In this document: piece by piece, positions 38,200 to 51,589 of the stretch
Layout of the letters: every line of letters begins with the position of its first letter
Numbering within the stretch: position 1 is the first letter of the stretch
NCBI GenBank assembly: GCA_951406725.2
Contig: OX597833.1
Location: 32,426,001 to 32,490,000 of the forward strand
Direction: 5' to 3'
Source of the DNA: Octopus vulgaris
Lineage: Eukaryota
Length of the DNA: 64,000 nt
Made by a program: the position numbers and the translations under genes
The notes under the pieces: model-generated
What the model saw: the letters and a program-made list of their open reading frames with translations, nothing else
Databases searched by the model: none
What the model was told of the DNA's origin: nothing

Positions 38200-39350
38200 T
38201 TTGTTGTCAGGACGTTATTTTTATCTTAATTTGATATTTTTGTTTTGTTTTTTGACATGTTGAATCCAAAAATGGAATCTATTTTTTCACTATCACATAT
38301 AAATTTCAAGATACCCAAAGCCCAATCATCAACGGTTGATATGCATGGACTACTTTAAGGCAGTCAATTTTCTACAGGGGTAACAAAGTGAATACACTAA
38401 ATATTCATGCTTTTTATGTCTGTGGGACAGCAGAGCCAGGGAAAAACATTGGGTGATCAAGGAATGGCTGCAACGAACAATGAGTAGTTCAATGGTCTTT
38501 TAATGTGGTTGAACAGCCTTTAGTTCAACCGGGAGAAAAGTCCTCCTACCTCCACTCCATATCAAACATAGCATTATGAAGCAGTTTGTTAAACAACTGG
38601 ATAAAGATGGACTTTGTATTCACTATATCTGCAGCACGTTCCTTTGTCTTAGAAGGGAAAAGATAAAAGTTGGAATTTTTGGTGGGCTGCAAATCAAAAA
38701 ATTAATGCAAGATGAGAACTTTGTAAATTCATTGAGCTGCATTGAAGCAGCAGCATGGAATTCATTTGTAATAGTTGTGAATGACTTTTTGGACAAGGAG
38801 AAAGTAGTCAACTCTGCTGAAATGGTCGACAACATGCTGGAGAACTTTCAAAATTTGGAAGCAAAGATGAGCATAAAACTGCACTATTTCCACAGTCACT
38901 TAAATCCCCGAAACCTTGGTAACATACGTGACAAACAAGGATACCGTTTTTATCAAGACCTAAAGTAAATGGAACAAAAGGTATCAATGCAGATGGGACT
39001 TGCATATGATGGCGGAGTATTGCTGGAACTTGACTCGGATCTTCCTGAGGTTCAACACTCAATAAGATTATTCAAACGCAAAGTTATGGGAAATTAGGTA
39101 TAAACAATTGTCCGTAGAAATTCACTAGTTTTTCAGTAGAAGCGTTGTTTTTTAAGAAATATCAATTTCTATGTATATTATGCCTTGTTCCTCAGAAGCT
39201 GTTTTATTTTTTAAAAAAAACAACAACAACGTAATTCCTTGGATCCAGTATTTTAACGTCTTGACGCGATAATAATAAATGGATGTCACTTTCAGATTCT
39301 GTCTTCAGATCCAAACTTTTTGACAACATAGGAAAAAATGCCTGTATTAT
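38200..39350 (+). mobile_element. Chapaev3-like (CMC) DNA transposase remnant
   Basis: LLPPLHIKH.IMKQFVK...GIFGGLQIKKL...MSIKLHYFHSHL...QGYRFYQD; family assignment from recalled motifs. Confidence 0.65.
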
Positions 39351-39359
39351 TATAAATGC

Positions 39360-39685
39360 AAGCTTGGCTGTGTGGTAACAAGCCTCGGGCCAACTAAAGC
39401 CTTGTGAGTGGATTTAGTAAATGAAAGCTGAAAGAAGCCCATCGTATATATGTATATATCCTTGTGCGTATCTGTGTGTGTGTTTCTTTGTGTTAGTCTC
39501 CCACCACCACTTGTTGGATTGTTTACGTACCCATAAGTTAGCAGTTCGTCAAAAGACCGATAGAATATGTGCCTAACTTGGGAAAATATGTACTGGAATT
39601 GATACAACCGACTAAAACTCGTTAAGTCAGTGCCTCAGCATGGCCACAGTCCAATGACTGAAACAAATAAAAGATAAATAAAAAG
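39360..39685 (+). mobile_element. Degenerate tRNA/CORE-type SINE
   Basis: agcctcgggcc...aaagccttgtgagtggattt...aatgactgaaacaa. Confidence 0.7.
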
Positions 39686-40159
39686 AAAAAGAAGCCTTTA
39701 ATATTCCTGAAAATGTAACTAAAACAAGTTTTGCTAAACTTTCAAGAGAACATTACCTGTTTGGGGTTATTTAAATGATGTTATTTCCAAAGATGCGGTA
39801 ACAGCGAATCCAAAATCATAGTTTTCAGTCATGGGACAGTGTTAATAACAATAGTAATATAAATTTTATTCTAAATCCACCAGGTCGAATCACCATTATT
39901 AAATAATTTTCTTGATAATGATTAAATAACTGATATCTGGTGTCACTATGTGGTCGTTCAACAGCCAAATTTTCTTTAATAAAACCCCTACCGTTTTAAA
40001 AAACAATCAACGCCACAATGGATAATGAGATCGTAGATACATGGCGATTGAAAAAGAGAGACGTGTAGGCAATGTCCAGAATGCTTTTGATGATAGCTCG
40101 GTTAAACAACTTTACTACTATTTTATGAAACATTTCGATGGTGCTTGGTTGAATTATCT

Positions 40160-40375
40160 TTTCAACTTGTTTCAGTCATTAGGCTGCAGCACATACTGCG
40201 GCACCGCCTTGAAGAATTTTTAGTTGAATGATTCGACTCCGGTACTTCATTTTCTTTTTTATTTTTTAAGTTTCATTCGGTGTCCTTTCTATCGCGAACT
40301 TACGGGAACGTAAACACACCAACACCGGTTGTAAATCGGTATTGGGAGACAAACACAGACACAGAAGACATACAC
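40160..40375 (-). mobile_element. SINE 3' fragment
   Basis: cttgtttcagtcatt...gcaccgccttgaag...acaaacacagacac. Confidence 0.65.
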
Positions 40376-40942
40376 ACACACACACATTCACATATATCGG
40401 CAATTATGCGAGTAAACAAATTAAAAACATTAAATATATTAAATATAACAGCTTGGGTATGAAATACAAAATATGTATATATGTATAGATGCAAACGAGA
40501 AAAATCAAAAGGTGGAGACTTTTAGATAATGAATAATTAAGTATAAATATATAGATATCTATATTAATAGGTCCAACTTACTTAGAGCACAAACGACAAA
40601 GAAAATTAAAGGGGTGGAAGAAAGGTGTTATACATTCAACAGCTATTTCTAGGAACTTGGAGATCCATGATAATGGTGATAGAATTAGTTCAATGCTTTT
40701 CTTTACATTATAGCTTTTCTTTACCTTGTGGAATCGATCCCTTGTAAATATATCGGAGTCTAAGTTCGAATCTTTTGAACACTCGGAGAGCCGTACTAGG
40801 CCATACATATTCACAAGCAAAGTTACAACCATAATATTAGTCATACATAACATGCTGCCCTATCTTTTCTGACTAAACTGTAAAAACTATATTGTCTATT
40901 CTTTTACTCGTTTCTTGAACAAAAAAAGCATGTAACACGTGC

Positions 40943-41003
<61 letters not shown>

Positions 41004-41176
41004 GAATGTATTTGTGTGTGTGTGTGTGTGTATGTTACTTCTTCACGAAAATCATTAAAATCCTATGGATTCAATTGGGTCGAAATGCTTTTTCTAAATA
41101 TTATCCTTATCCCTGCAGGGCTAAACTTCATAAATAATTAGGGTAGTAGTAGTAGTGGCGGTAGTAGTAATAATAA

Positions 41177-41215
<39 letters not shown>

Positions 41216-42029
41216 AAGAAGAAGAAGAGGAAGAAAAAGAAGGCAGAGGAGGAGTGAAATGTAATGGTGCAGCTCTGACTAAAATTCGACACAAAAGTTC
41301 TGAATGGAAAACAAATAAATTAATATATTAATTCATTAGGCCAGCTAATTATTCACCCTCGCACACAAACAATGACGGTAAATAATTAAGAAACCAACAA
41401 AAGTAATTAACTCAATCGCTGACAGAAACTGCCTTTATAAGTGTGGTAAATATATTTTCAATACTTCGGCTTCTTTACACATTTAATTCTCATATAATTG
41501 AGTCTGGCCGCATTATTTTTAGAAATGGTGGCCTGAGACAACACATTCTTGCCGAGGTCAACTATTTTTTGTCTGTAGTGAATGACATGAAATAATGTTG
41601 GTGATGGTGGGAAAGTTGCTTATATCGATCTCAGTATCAATACGAATTGCTCTCTCTTCAAATATTCCCGCTCCTATGTCTTTGCTAGAAAATATCCCGT
41701 TTTCAATAGATTCATTGAGGTTCTTCTGTACCATCAAGTATCAGATGCTTCTCTGTGTTTCTGAAATTTAAACAGCACCGATTTCTGGGATGTACAAATG
41801 CGTTTAATGTACAAATTCAGTTTTAATTTGTTGGGGGAATTTGTTTAATTGCCTCCGGCGTTGTACTATTCTTCTACATATTTTCCCACTCATTTCTGCC
41901 TCAGCGACCCTTTTACTCGAATAATGTTCTACAAACGCCATCTCAACATGTTTTGCAAAAAAGAAACGAAAAAGAGAGAGGGAAATAGATTATTTTATAT
42001 ACACGCTAAATTTGCTCAGTGTTCATTAT

Positions 42030-43341
42030 CACTATTATTATTATGTTTGATTTTGCTTTGTATTTGTACAAGTTACTCCAAGTCTCACCCAGAGACCTCA
42101 GGAGACAAAAAGTTAGAAGTTCATGTTGGTGTTATGCCTAGGGTGTCATGTATTTAGTTTTGCGCATGGTATTGTTCTAGAGAATGTTTAAGAAAACATA
42201 AAAATATAAATTTGTTTTACAATTTGAGATTGTATAGACAGTATTTTACGTAGGATATTGGCAGTTCCTATGAGCAATATCTTGTGAATTTCTGTCATTT
42301 TGGGGTTCCCAGATATCTGAGATAGGTAGGAACAGCCCCTTTTGCTCTCATTCCAAAGGGTACCTATGACAACAGGTATTGTTTCAGTCTTGAGGTTCCA
42401 CATTTTGCCAATTTCTATTTCAAGGTCTTTATACTTGCTCAATTTTTGGTAGGTTTTGACAGGCAAATTTATGTCGATTGGGTCAGTCATATCAATGAGG
42501 AGGCATGATTTTTGTCTGAAGTCCTTCAATATAATGTTTGGCCTATTTGCATCTATCTTTCAATCAATTTTAATGGTGAAGTCCCAGAGGAGTGAGAGGT
42601 GATCATTTTCAAGCAATGGAGATAGTTTCTGTTCCCATAAGCTTTTATCATGGGACAGGTCCAGGTTTTTTCAAATTACGCAGTGAATATATTGTCCTGG
42701 TCTATCATACATCATCATTAGCTGAAATTATATCCTTAGGTGCAAGGCAGATTTTACCAATTACTTTCAGGTTTTAGTTAGAATTGTGAATTTCTGGGAG
42801 TGTCACGTTCATTCATACTGGTTTCTTTAATTTTCAGCCATTTGATCATGATTTGATTTTTTAGATAATCTAGTTCAGTTGAGTCAATTTCTGTGTAATA
42901 TTCTTCATCTATTTGATTTTCATATGCGTCAGTGTTTTATGGTTGGTTGAGAGTGTATTTCACTTTGCTTATCTGTTACATTAACTCTTTCAATCCCATT
43001 TGCATTTTCACCAGACCTGGGTTGGTCTATAATTATTTCCTCTATAGTATCTTCTTTAGCTGTAACTTTGTTCCGTTTATCCTTTACTGATTGTTTAATT
43101 TGGTCAATCTGTAATTCAGTTAGTAATCTCTTTTTCATAATTTTCTTCTGACGTTGGCAAGTTTGTTACTGTCTATGTAGGGTCTTACTTCAAGGTGTTT
43201 CTGTCTCCAGTTTAAGTAGGTTTGTATAGTATTAGTTTTATTTTTGGGGAAATACATGGCATGATAGAAGACCTGAAGAAGTTCTTTATTATCTCCTCTA
43301 GACCATCTTCATTCTTTTTCTTTTGGTTATTTGACGAGGAG
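42030..43341 (-). mobile_element. Internally deleted Dong/R4 LINE (N-terminus fused to RLE endonuclease end), (TAA)n tail
   Basis: ANRPN..IKDFRQKSCLLIDM..P...KLSKYKDLEIEI..MWNL...IPVVIG RLE motif; near-identical to parts of the 45802-49930 element. Confidence 0.85.
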
Positions 43342-43628
43342 CATATTTCCAGAGGGGTATTATTCAAACCCCAAAGAATTGCTCTCAACACATGGCTATG
43401 ATGCTCCCCCACTACTTCTGCTCGTGGTCAGAGATGCACCTATCGTCAGACACTAAGGGACATGCTCAACTGGTTAATGTCAAACAACTGACAAGCGAAT
43501 CTGTGGTATTGAGCAGAATGTTTGCTGTAGCCCATCTTTTATACCAAGACAAAACAACGTACATGATAAGACTTCCAATCAGTTAAGATCAGAAGCCATG
43601 AGAGCCACTGCCTGGTACTGCATAAGGG

Positions 43629-43662
<34 letters not shown>

Positions 43663-44273
43663 GAGTGAGAGAGCAGTTCATGCCATCAAAGTGACACTGG
43701 GGTAAAATATACGAAGCCCAATATACCCATCATGACTACCCGTCTGATAAGGGTACACCAGGCACATGCATCACAACCATATATGCGCGACATGGTGATC
43801 TCATATCAAGATAAACAGCGCATGACCTTGCAGGTGGGGCCCAGTTAGAATTTTCTTCAGGTCGAGTAGCCCATCCCGCCCAAAAGGTCCCTGAATAAGG
43901 GTTGTTTAAGGATGTTGAAAGAAGCACCCATGTTTCCAGAGGTGAATTATTCAAACCCCAAAGAATCCCTCTCAACACATGGCTATGATGCTCACCCACT
44001 ACTTCTGCTCGTGATCAGAGATGCACATATCGTCAGCCACTAAGGAACATGCTCAACTGGTTAAGGTCAAACAACTGACAAGCAAATCTGTGGTATTGAG
44101 CAGAATATTTGCTGTAGCCCGTCTTTTATATCAAGACAAAACAATGTACATGATAACACTTCCAATCAGTTAAGATCAGAAGCCATGCGAGCCACTGCCT
44201 GGTACTGCATCAGGGCATTTATACTGCATCAGGGCATTGGTACTGCATCAGGGCATTGGTACTGCATCAGGGC

Positions 44274-44310
<37 letters not shown>

Positions 44311-44332
44311 GTTGTTGTTGTTGTTGTTGTTA

Positions 44333-44367
<35 letters not shown>

Positions 44368-44677
44368 GTTGTTGTTGTTGTTGTTATTGTTATTATTATT
44401 ATTATTATTATTATTGTTTTTGTTGTTGTTGTTGTTGTTGTTATTATTATTGAGTAAGAGAGCAGTGCATGCCATGAAAGTGACACTGGGGTAAAATATA
44501 CGAAGCCCAGTATACCCATCATGACTACCCGTCTGATAAGCGTACACTAGGCATACGTGCGCGACAAGGTGATTTCATATCAAGATAAACAGCACATAAC
44601 CTTGCAGGTGGGGCCTAGTTAGATCAGAAGCCACGAGAGCCACTGCCTGGTACTGCATCAGATTATTATTATTATTA

Positions 44678-44724
<47 letters not shown>

Positions 44725-45199
44725 GAGTGAGAGAGCAGTTCATGCCATCAAAGTGACACTGGGGTAAAATATACGAAGCCCAATATACCCATCATGACTA
44801 CCCGTCTGATAAGGGTACAACAGGCACATGCATCACAACCATATGTGCGCGACATGGAGATCTCATATCAAGATAAACAGCACATGACCTTGCAGGTGGG
44901 GCCCAGTTAGAATTTTCTTCAGGTTGAGTAGCCCATCCCGCTCAAAAGGTCCCTGAATAAGGGTTGTTTAAGGATGTTGAAAGAAGCACCCATGTTTCCA
45001 GAGGTGAATTATTCAAACCCCAAAGAATCCCTCTCAACACATGGCTATGATGCTCCCCCACTACTTATGCTCATGATCAGAGATGCACATATCGTCAGCC
45101 AATAAGGGACATGCTCAACTGGTTAAGGTCAAACAACTGACAAGCAAATCTGTGGTATTGAGCAGAATATTTGCTGTAGCCCATCTTTTATACCAAGAC

Positions 45200-45254
<55 letters not shown>

Positions 45255-45799
45255 GAATGAGAGAGCTGCGCGTGCCATTAAAGTGACACTGGGGAAGAAA
45301 TATACGAAACCAAATATACCCATAGTGACTGCCCGTGTGATAAGGGTACACCAAGCACATTCATCACGACCACATGTGCGCGACATGGTGATCTGTTAAG
45401 ATAAACAGCACATAAAAGGCTGGTGGGACTTGTTAGCATTTTCTTCAGGTGGAGTATCCCATCCCGCTTAAATGGTCTCTAAATAAGGGCCCTTTAAGGA
45501 TGTTGAACGAAACATCGATGTTTCCAGAGGTGAATTATTGAATCGCAAACGAATTCCTCTCAACATATGACTATGATGTTCCCCCACTACTCCTGCTCGT
45601 GATCAGAAATGCACATAACGTTAACAACCAAGAGATATGCTCAACTGGTTAAGGTCAAGCGACTGACAAATAAATCTATGGTATTGAGCTGAATGTTTAT
45701 TATAGCCCATCTTTTATACCATGACAAAGCATGTACATGATAACGCTTTCATTCAGTTAAGAAGCCATGGGAGCCAGTGCCTGGCATTGTATCAGGGCA
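43342..45799. repeat. Five copies of a ~557-bp non-coding element separated by (TAT)/(TGT) microsatellites
   Basis: Units 43342-43630 (partial), 43661-44217, 44450-44661 (deleted), 44723-45199 (truncated) and 45253-45799; ends ttgagtgagagagc ... gcatcagggca. Confidence 0.9.
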
Positions 45800-45801
45800 T
45801 T

Positions 45802-48800
45802 ATTATTATCATTTTGCTTTGTATTTATACAAGTGAACTCCAAGTCTCACCCAGAGACCTCAGGAGAGAACAAATTATACGTTCAAGTTGGTGCTATGCC
45901 AAAAGTGTCATATATTTGGTTTTGCACAAAGTATTGTTCTAGAGAATGTTTAAGAAAACAAGAAAATTATAAGTTTGCTTTAAAATTTGAGATTACATAA
46001 ACAGTATTTTACATAGGATATTGGGAAGTTCCCATGAGCACTATCTTTTGAATTTCTGTCATTTTGTAGTTTCCTGGTATCTGAGGAATCAGCCTCTTTT
46101 GCTTTCATTCCTAGGGTACCTATGACAACAGGTATTGTTTTAGTCTTGAGGTTCTACATTTTGCCAACTTCTATTTCAAGATCTTGATACTTGCTCAGTT
46201 TTTGGTAGGTCTTGACATACATTTATGTCGATTGAGACAGTCATATCGATGAGGAGGCATGATTTTTGTCTGAAGTCCTGCTTGGCCTGCAGAATCGTTA
46301 GCACGCCGGGTGAAATGCCTTGCGGTATTTCGTCTGCCTTTACGTTCTGAGTTCAAATTCCGCCGAGGTCGACTTTGCCTTTTATCCTTTCGGGGTGGAT
46401 TAAATAAGTACCAGTTACGCACTGGGGTCGATGTAACAGAGTTAATCCCTCTGTCTGTCCTTGTTTGTCCCCTCTATGTTTAGCCCCCTGTGGGCAATAA
46501 AGAAATATATCTTTCAGTCAGTTTGAAGGGTGAAGTTCCAAAGGAATGGGAGGTGGTCATTTTCAAGAACTAGCAGTGGTTTATGTTCCCACCAGTTTTT
46601 AGTGTGGGGCAGGTCCAGGTTTTTGCAAATTACCCTGTGAATATATCATGCCTATTGAGATACTCTGTAGGCGGAAGAAGACTGCACATGGAGACAACAT
46701 GATCGATGGTTTCATTTTGTTGTTTACATACACGTCATGTTAGGCTAATGCTTTTCTTTATTATGTTGGCTTGTTTTCTGTGCTTGTTTCCAATACGTTT
46801 AACTGTGGGATTTGTTGTATTTGGAATTCACTTAGATATTCCTTTGCCTGTTTTGTTACTGAGTATGATACTTTCTTGCTTTCATGCTTTAAGACAATTT
46901 TTAACATCCAGTCATCAGAGATTTTCAGGTAGGTGTTTAGGCCAATTGTGGCAGTCTTTATTGATAATTCCAGTTGTAAAAGTCCAAGGCTACCCACTTT
47001 TCTCTACAGGTAAAGTCGTTCTATATCTGCCTTAGGGTGGTGCATTCTATGCATTGTCGACAATTGTTGTATTTTCCTATCAAGATTACATATTCAGTAA
47101 TTGACTAGTTAATGATACTGAAACTGTAAGTCACGACTGGTATGGCTTAAGTATTGATCGCTTCGATCCTTTTTCTTGCATCCAGCTCTGTCTTGCGTAT
47201 TGCCCTTACCCTGCAATAACATTCTCTTCTGATCTTTCCTCTCATCACTGAATGTTTGATTCCATCACCTTCAAATACTCCTTGGTATTTGTAGCTCTCC
47301 GATGGTTCTAACTCTTTTATGACATTCTGCTGGTCAAGATTAACGTTGGATGTTTCAGTCATTTTTCCTTTGATAAAGTAGCTTTTGCACATTTATGGAG
47401 GCTAAATTGCATCCTGATGCCATCACTGAATTGTTTAACAATCGCAAGCAAGCCCTGTAGATGCTGTTCATTTTTGCAAAGAGCTTTAAATCATCCCTGT
47501 AAATGGGATGATTTATATTTCTATCAAACATTTTATAGCTGTATTGTACATCATCGAGCAATTTCGAGAGAGTCATTAAGGATAGAGTTTCTCCCCGGAA
47601 AATGCCACTTGAAATTCTTACATCTCCAGCATTTAGAGATTACTTGTCACTGTTCAAGTCAGTGTGGTTCTCCATGATCTCATACTTACACACAGAAAGT
47701 TTCGCTGAGTAGGTGCTATTTTATATATTTCCAGACATTTCTTAATCAAGCTATGTGGTAGACTATAAAAAGCTTTTTTATAGTCTATCCAGGTTATCGA
47801 CAAATTTTTGTGTAGTTTGTGACAATCTTCTAAGATCATCTTATTGATGAGTAGTTGGTGTTTACAACCATAGGACCCACGTTTACATCCTTTTTGATCA
47901 TTAGGGAATATGTTAATTTCTATTAAGAACTATAGATATATTCAGTCAAGACATATGTTAATATTTTATACATTGTTGTTAAGCAGGTTATGGGTTTATA
48001 ATTTTTAGGTTCATTTGCTCCTTCATTTGTTGGAAGTAGGAATGTAACTCCATTAAGTAGCCAAGAGGGAATCATATTAGATTGTTGCAAAACATTGTAA
48101 AGGCTTGTTAGCAGTTCATGGCTCTCTGGGAAGGCAATCAAACAGAAGTTAGGAATTTTATCCTTTCCTAGAGACTTCCATATACTTGACTTCCTGCGAG
48201 CAGATCATACTTCCTTGATGCTCTCCCACTTTTGCTCTTCTAAGGAATCTAAATCTGTAGATATTCTATCAATCTAAGGGACTTTTCATTGTGTGTTTTG
48301 CTTCTGTCCAAATTTTATTACCAAACTCCTGCACTTCTTTTGATGGGACAAACTTTACTGTAACTGAATTTTTCCCCTATCTTCCTGTACAAATTTTTTG
48401 GGTTATTTTTGAACATGTTGTCCTCGAAGAATCTAACACGCTTTTCATACCTTGCTATGCGGCAGCTTTAGCGCATAGCTTTTGCTTGGTAGTTTGTAAG
48501 GTGATATCGATGTCAAGTATTGTTTTCATATAGTATTTTTTCTTTAATTTTCGATTTTTGTTGGTTTGATAGTCTTGTCAAACTTAAGGTTGTTTAAGCG
48601 TCAGACCTAAATAGCTGAATTTGGTGTTGAATACGCTCTTGCCAAGTAGGCTTTTTGTGGGAATGTTGTCGCTTTCTAATCTTTTCACCGCATAGAATAG
48701 TTGAGATTTTGGTGGATGCATAGTACAGACGGTTAAGATCTGTGATATCAGCATCTGTAATAGCAACCTCCCTAAGTGCAAGGCAGATTTTACCTATTAC

Positions 48801-49930
48801 TTTGATGTTTTGGTTAGAATTGCAACTTTTTGGGAGAGTGTCACGTTCATTCATACTGGTTTCTTTAATTTTCAGCCATTTAATCATGATTTGATTTTTT
48901 AGATCATCTAGTTCAGTTGAGTCAATTTCTGTGTAATTTTCTTCATCTATTTGATTTTCATATGCGTCAGTGTTTTATGGTTGGTTGAGAGTATTTCACT
49001 TTGCTTATCTGTTACATTAACTCTTTCAATCACCATTGCATTTTCATCAGACCTGGGTTGGTCTATAATTATTTTCTCTTTACTGTCTTCTTTAGCTGCA
49101 ACTTCGGTCATTTTATCCTTTACTGATTGTTTTATTTGGTCAATCTGTAATTCAGTTAATTCAGTTATGTTTTTCACAATGTTTCTTCTGATGTTGGCAA
49201 GTTTGTTACAATCTATGCAGGGTGTTTCTGCCTCCAGTTTAAGTAGGTTTGTACAGTATTAGATTTATTTTTGGGGAAATATATGACATGATAGACGGCC
49301 TGAAGAACTTGTTTATTATCTCCTCTAGACCATTTTTTATTCATTTTCTTTTGATTATTTGACGATGAGCTAGGATGGCCATCTGTTGTAATATTCCGTT
49401 TGTAGGGTACTTCCAGCTCTTGTGTTTTGGAAAGATTTGAACCAGTAACTGACTTTTCGGTTCGAATCTGGTTCAACATTTGAGTACGTGGTCCTTTGTA
49501 ATCCGGTTGATGACCATTCCGGTTTGTATTTTCTTTTGTTAACAGTGAGACATGACGAGTTTGGACGTTGACATTAGAAGACGGACCTGTCTGTTTAGGG
49601 TTAATTATTTGAGACAACACCGTCTCCGAGTTCTGTACATGTAAACATTGCTCGTAACGTAGCTTCTTAAGGCTAAAAGATCTATATCGCCCTTTGCGAT
49701 CCGGTCGACAACTAATCTGGTTTGTATTTCGCTTTGTTATCATCGAGGCATGACAAGCTTCGACGTTGACATTAGGGGACGGATTTGTCTGTTTAGGTCA
49801 ATTTTTTGAGACAACACCGTCACCGAGTTCTCTGCATGTAAACATTGTTCGTAACGTAGATCTGTATTCGTCTGTATTTTTTTGTAGATAGATTTATCTC
49901 CGAGCATAGTTTTTTTGTGGTGTTTTTAAA
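45802..49930 (-). mobile_element. Near full-length degenerate Dong/R4 LINE
   Basis: EPKNYKPITCLTTMYKILT, NLSITWIDYKKAF, YRDDLKLF and RLE C-terminus; 3' end in a TAA repeat. Confidence 0.9.
46280..46505 (+). mobile_element. Nin/Deu-domain SINE inserted in the Dong/R4 element, ending in the Tx1-type tail
   Basis: gagttcaaattcc B box, Deu-like domain, tail gtcccctctatgtttagccccctgtgggcAATAAAgaaat. Confidence 0.85.
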
Positions 49931-50681
49931 CTTATGAATGGTTCACTTTGTCTGTGTTAGTTCCAAAAATGAAAATAAGAAAGAAAAGAATATAAGTTTT
50001 GTTCTTGTTTTGCTTCGTTTGTGACACGTGTTTTTATATGCGTGTGTTTTGTAAATTTCACGTATTTGTGTAAACATTGAGATGTATGTGCAGTCCTACA
50101 GGTATCAAAATGTATAATATGATTGTGTAGACATTCGAGTCTATGCGTAATTATTCAATTTATGTACTTACCATTTTGTTACGTTTCTGTTTTATAATTT
50201 GTAAACTTTCCGGTGTTGATATCGCGTGTGTGCTTCACACATGTTTCACTGAGACATGCGTAGGAGAAACTGTGCTTTGAATGGCATTAAAATTTCGTTT
50301 TTTTTATTATTTTCGTTAAAATACCGCTTCCTTCAAGTCTTCCATGGGTTCTTTTATCAAATTCAATCGATGTTATTGGATTAGATTTGTCTTTGAATGG
50401 GGAGCACGGTGTAGCACATCCAAATTGTTATTCAGCGCGGGGCTTCCTTCTCAGTAACACATCCATGTTGTTGTTCAGCGTGGGGTTTTCTTCTTCTTCT
50501 TCTTCTTCTTCTTCTTCTTCTTCTTCTTCTTCTTCTTCTTCTACTACTTCATGTATAAATTTTACGCCTGGTGCCCATGATAGAAAGGATTATTATTATT
50601 ATTGTTGTTATTATTATTTTTTTGTTTTTGTTGTTGTTATTTTATTATTTTTGTTGTTGTTATTATTATTATTATTATTGT

Positions 50682-50712
<31 letters not shown>

Positions 50713-50724
50713 ATTGTTATAGTA

Positions 50725-50908
50725 GTCGTTGTTTTGCTTTATATGAACTGTTCCAAGTCTTATCCAGACTCGCCAAGGAACAGGTAGTTGGATTTTGTAA
50801 CTGAGGGTATTGTTTTAATTAAATTAGTGATGATGTATTCCAAAGAAAGGAGGCCAGATTGTGAGAAGTAAGATTATGATGAATTCGTAATTCCTCCTCC
50901 TCCTCCTC

Positions 50909-50962
<54 letters not shown>

Positions 50963-51511
50963 GAGTGAGAGAGCAATGCATGCCATCAAAGTGACACTGG
51001 GGTAAAATATACGAAGCCCAGTATACCCATCATGACAACCCGTCTGATAAGGGTACACCAGGCACATGCATCACAACCATATGTGCGCGACAAGGTGATC
51101 TTATATCAAGATAAACAGCGCATGACCTAGCAGGTGGAGCCCAGTTAGAATTTCCTTCTGGTCGAGTAGCCCATCCCGCTCAAAAGATCTCTGAATAAGG
51201 GTTAAAGATGTTGAACGAAACACCCATGTTTCCAAAGATGAATTATTCAAACCTCCAAGAATTCCTTTCAACACACAGCTATGATGCTCCCCCACTACTT
51301 CAGCTCGTGATCAGAGATGCACATATCGTCAGACACTAAGGGACATGCTCAACTGGCTAAGGTCAAACAACTGACAAGCAAATCTGGTATTGGGCAGAAT
51401 GTTTGTTGTAGCCCATTTTTGATACCAAGACAAAACAATGTACGTGATAACACTTCCAATAAGTTAAGATCAGAAGCCAGGAGAGCCACTGTCTGGTACT
51501 GCATCAGGGCA

Positions 51512-51589
<78 letters not shown>

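Noticed and set aside
44185-44547. Poly-I/L/N/Y ORFs (also 18296-18962, 50387-50787, 51317-51745)
   Set aside because: Translations of trinucleotide microsatellites
43342-45799. Repeat array considered as CRISPR-like or as HDV/hammerhead ribozymes
   Set aside because: Units are ~557 bp with microsatellite spacers in a eukaryote; I could not build a complete HDV or hammerhead fold
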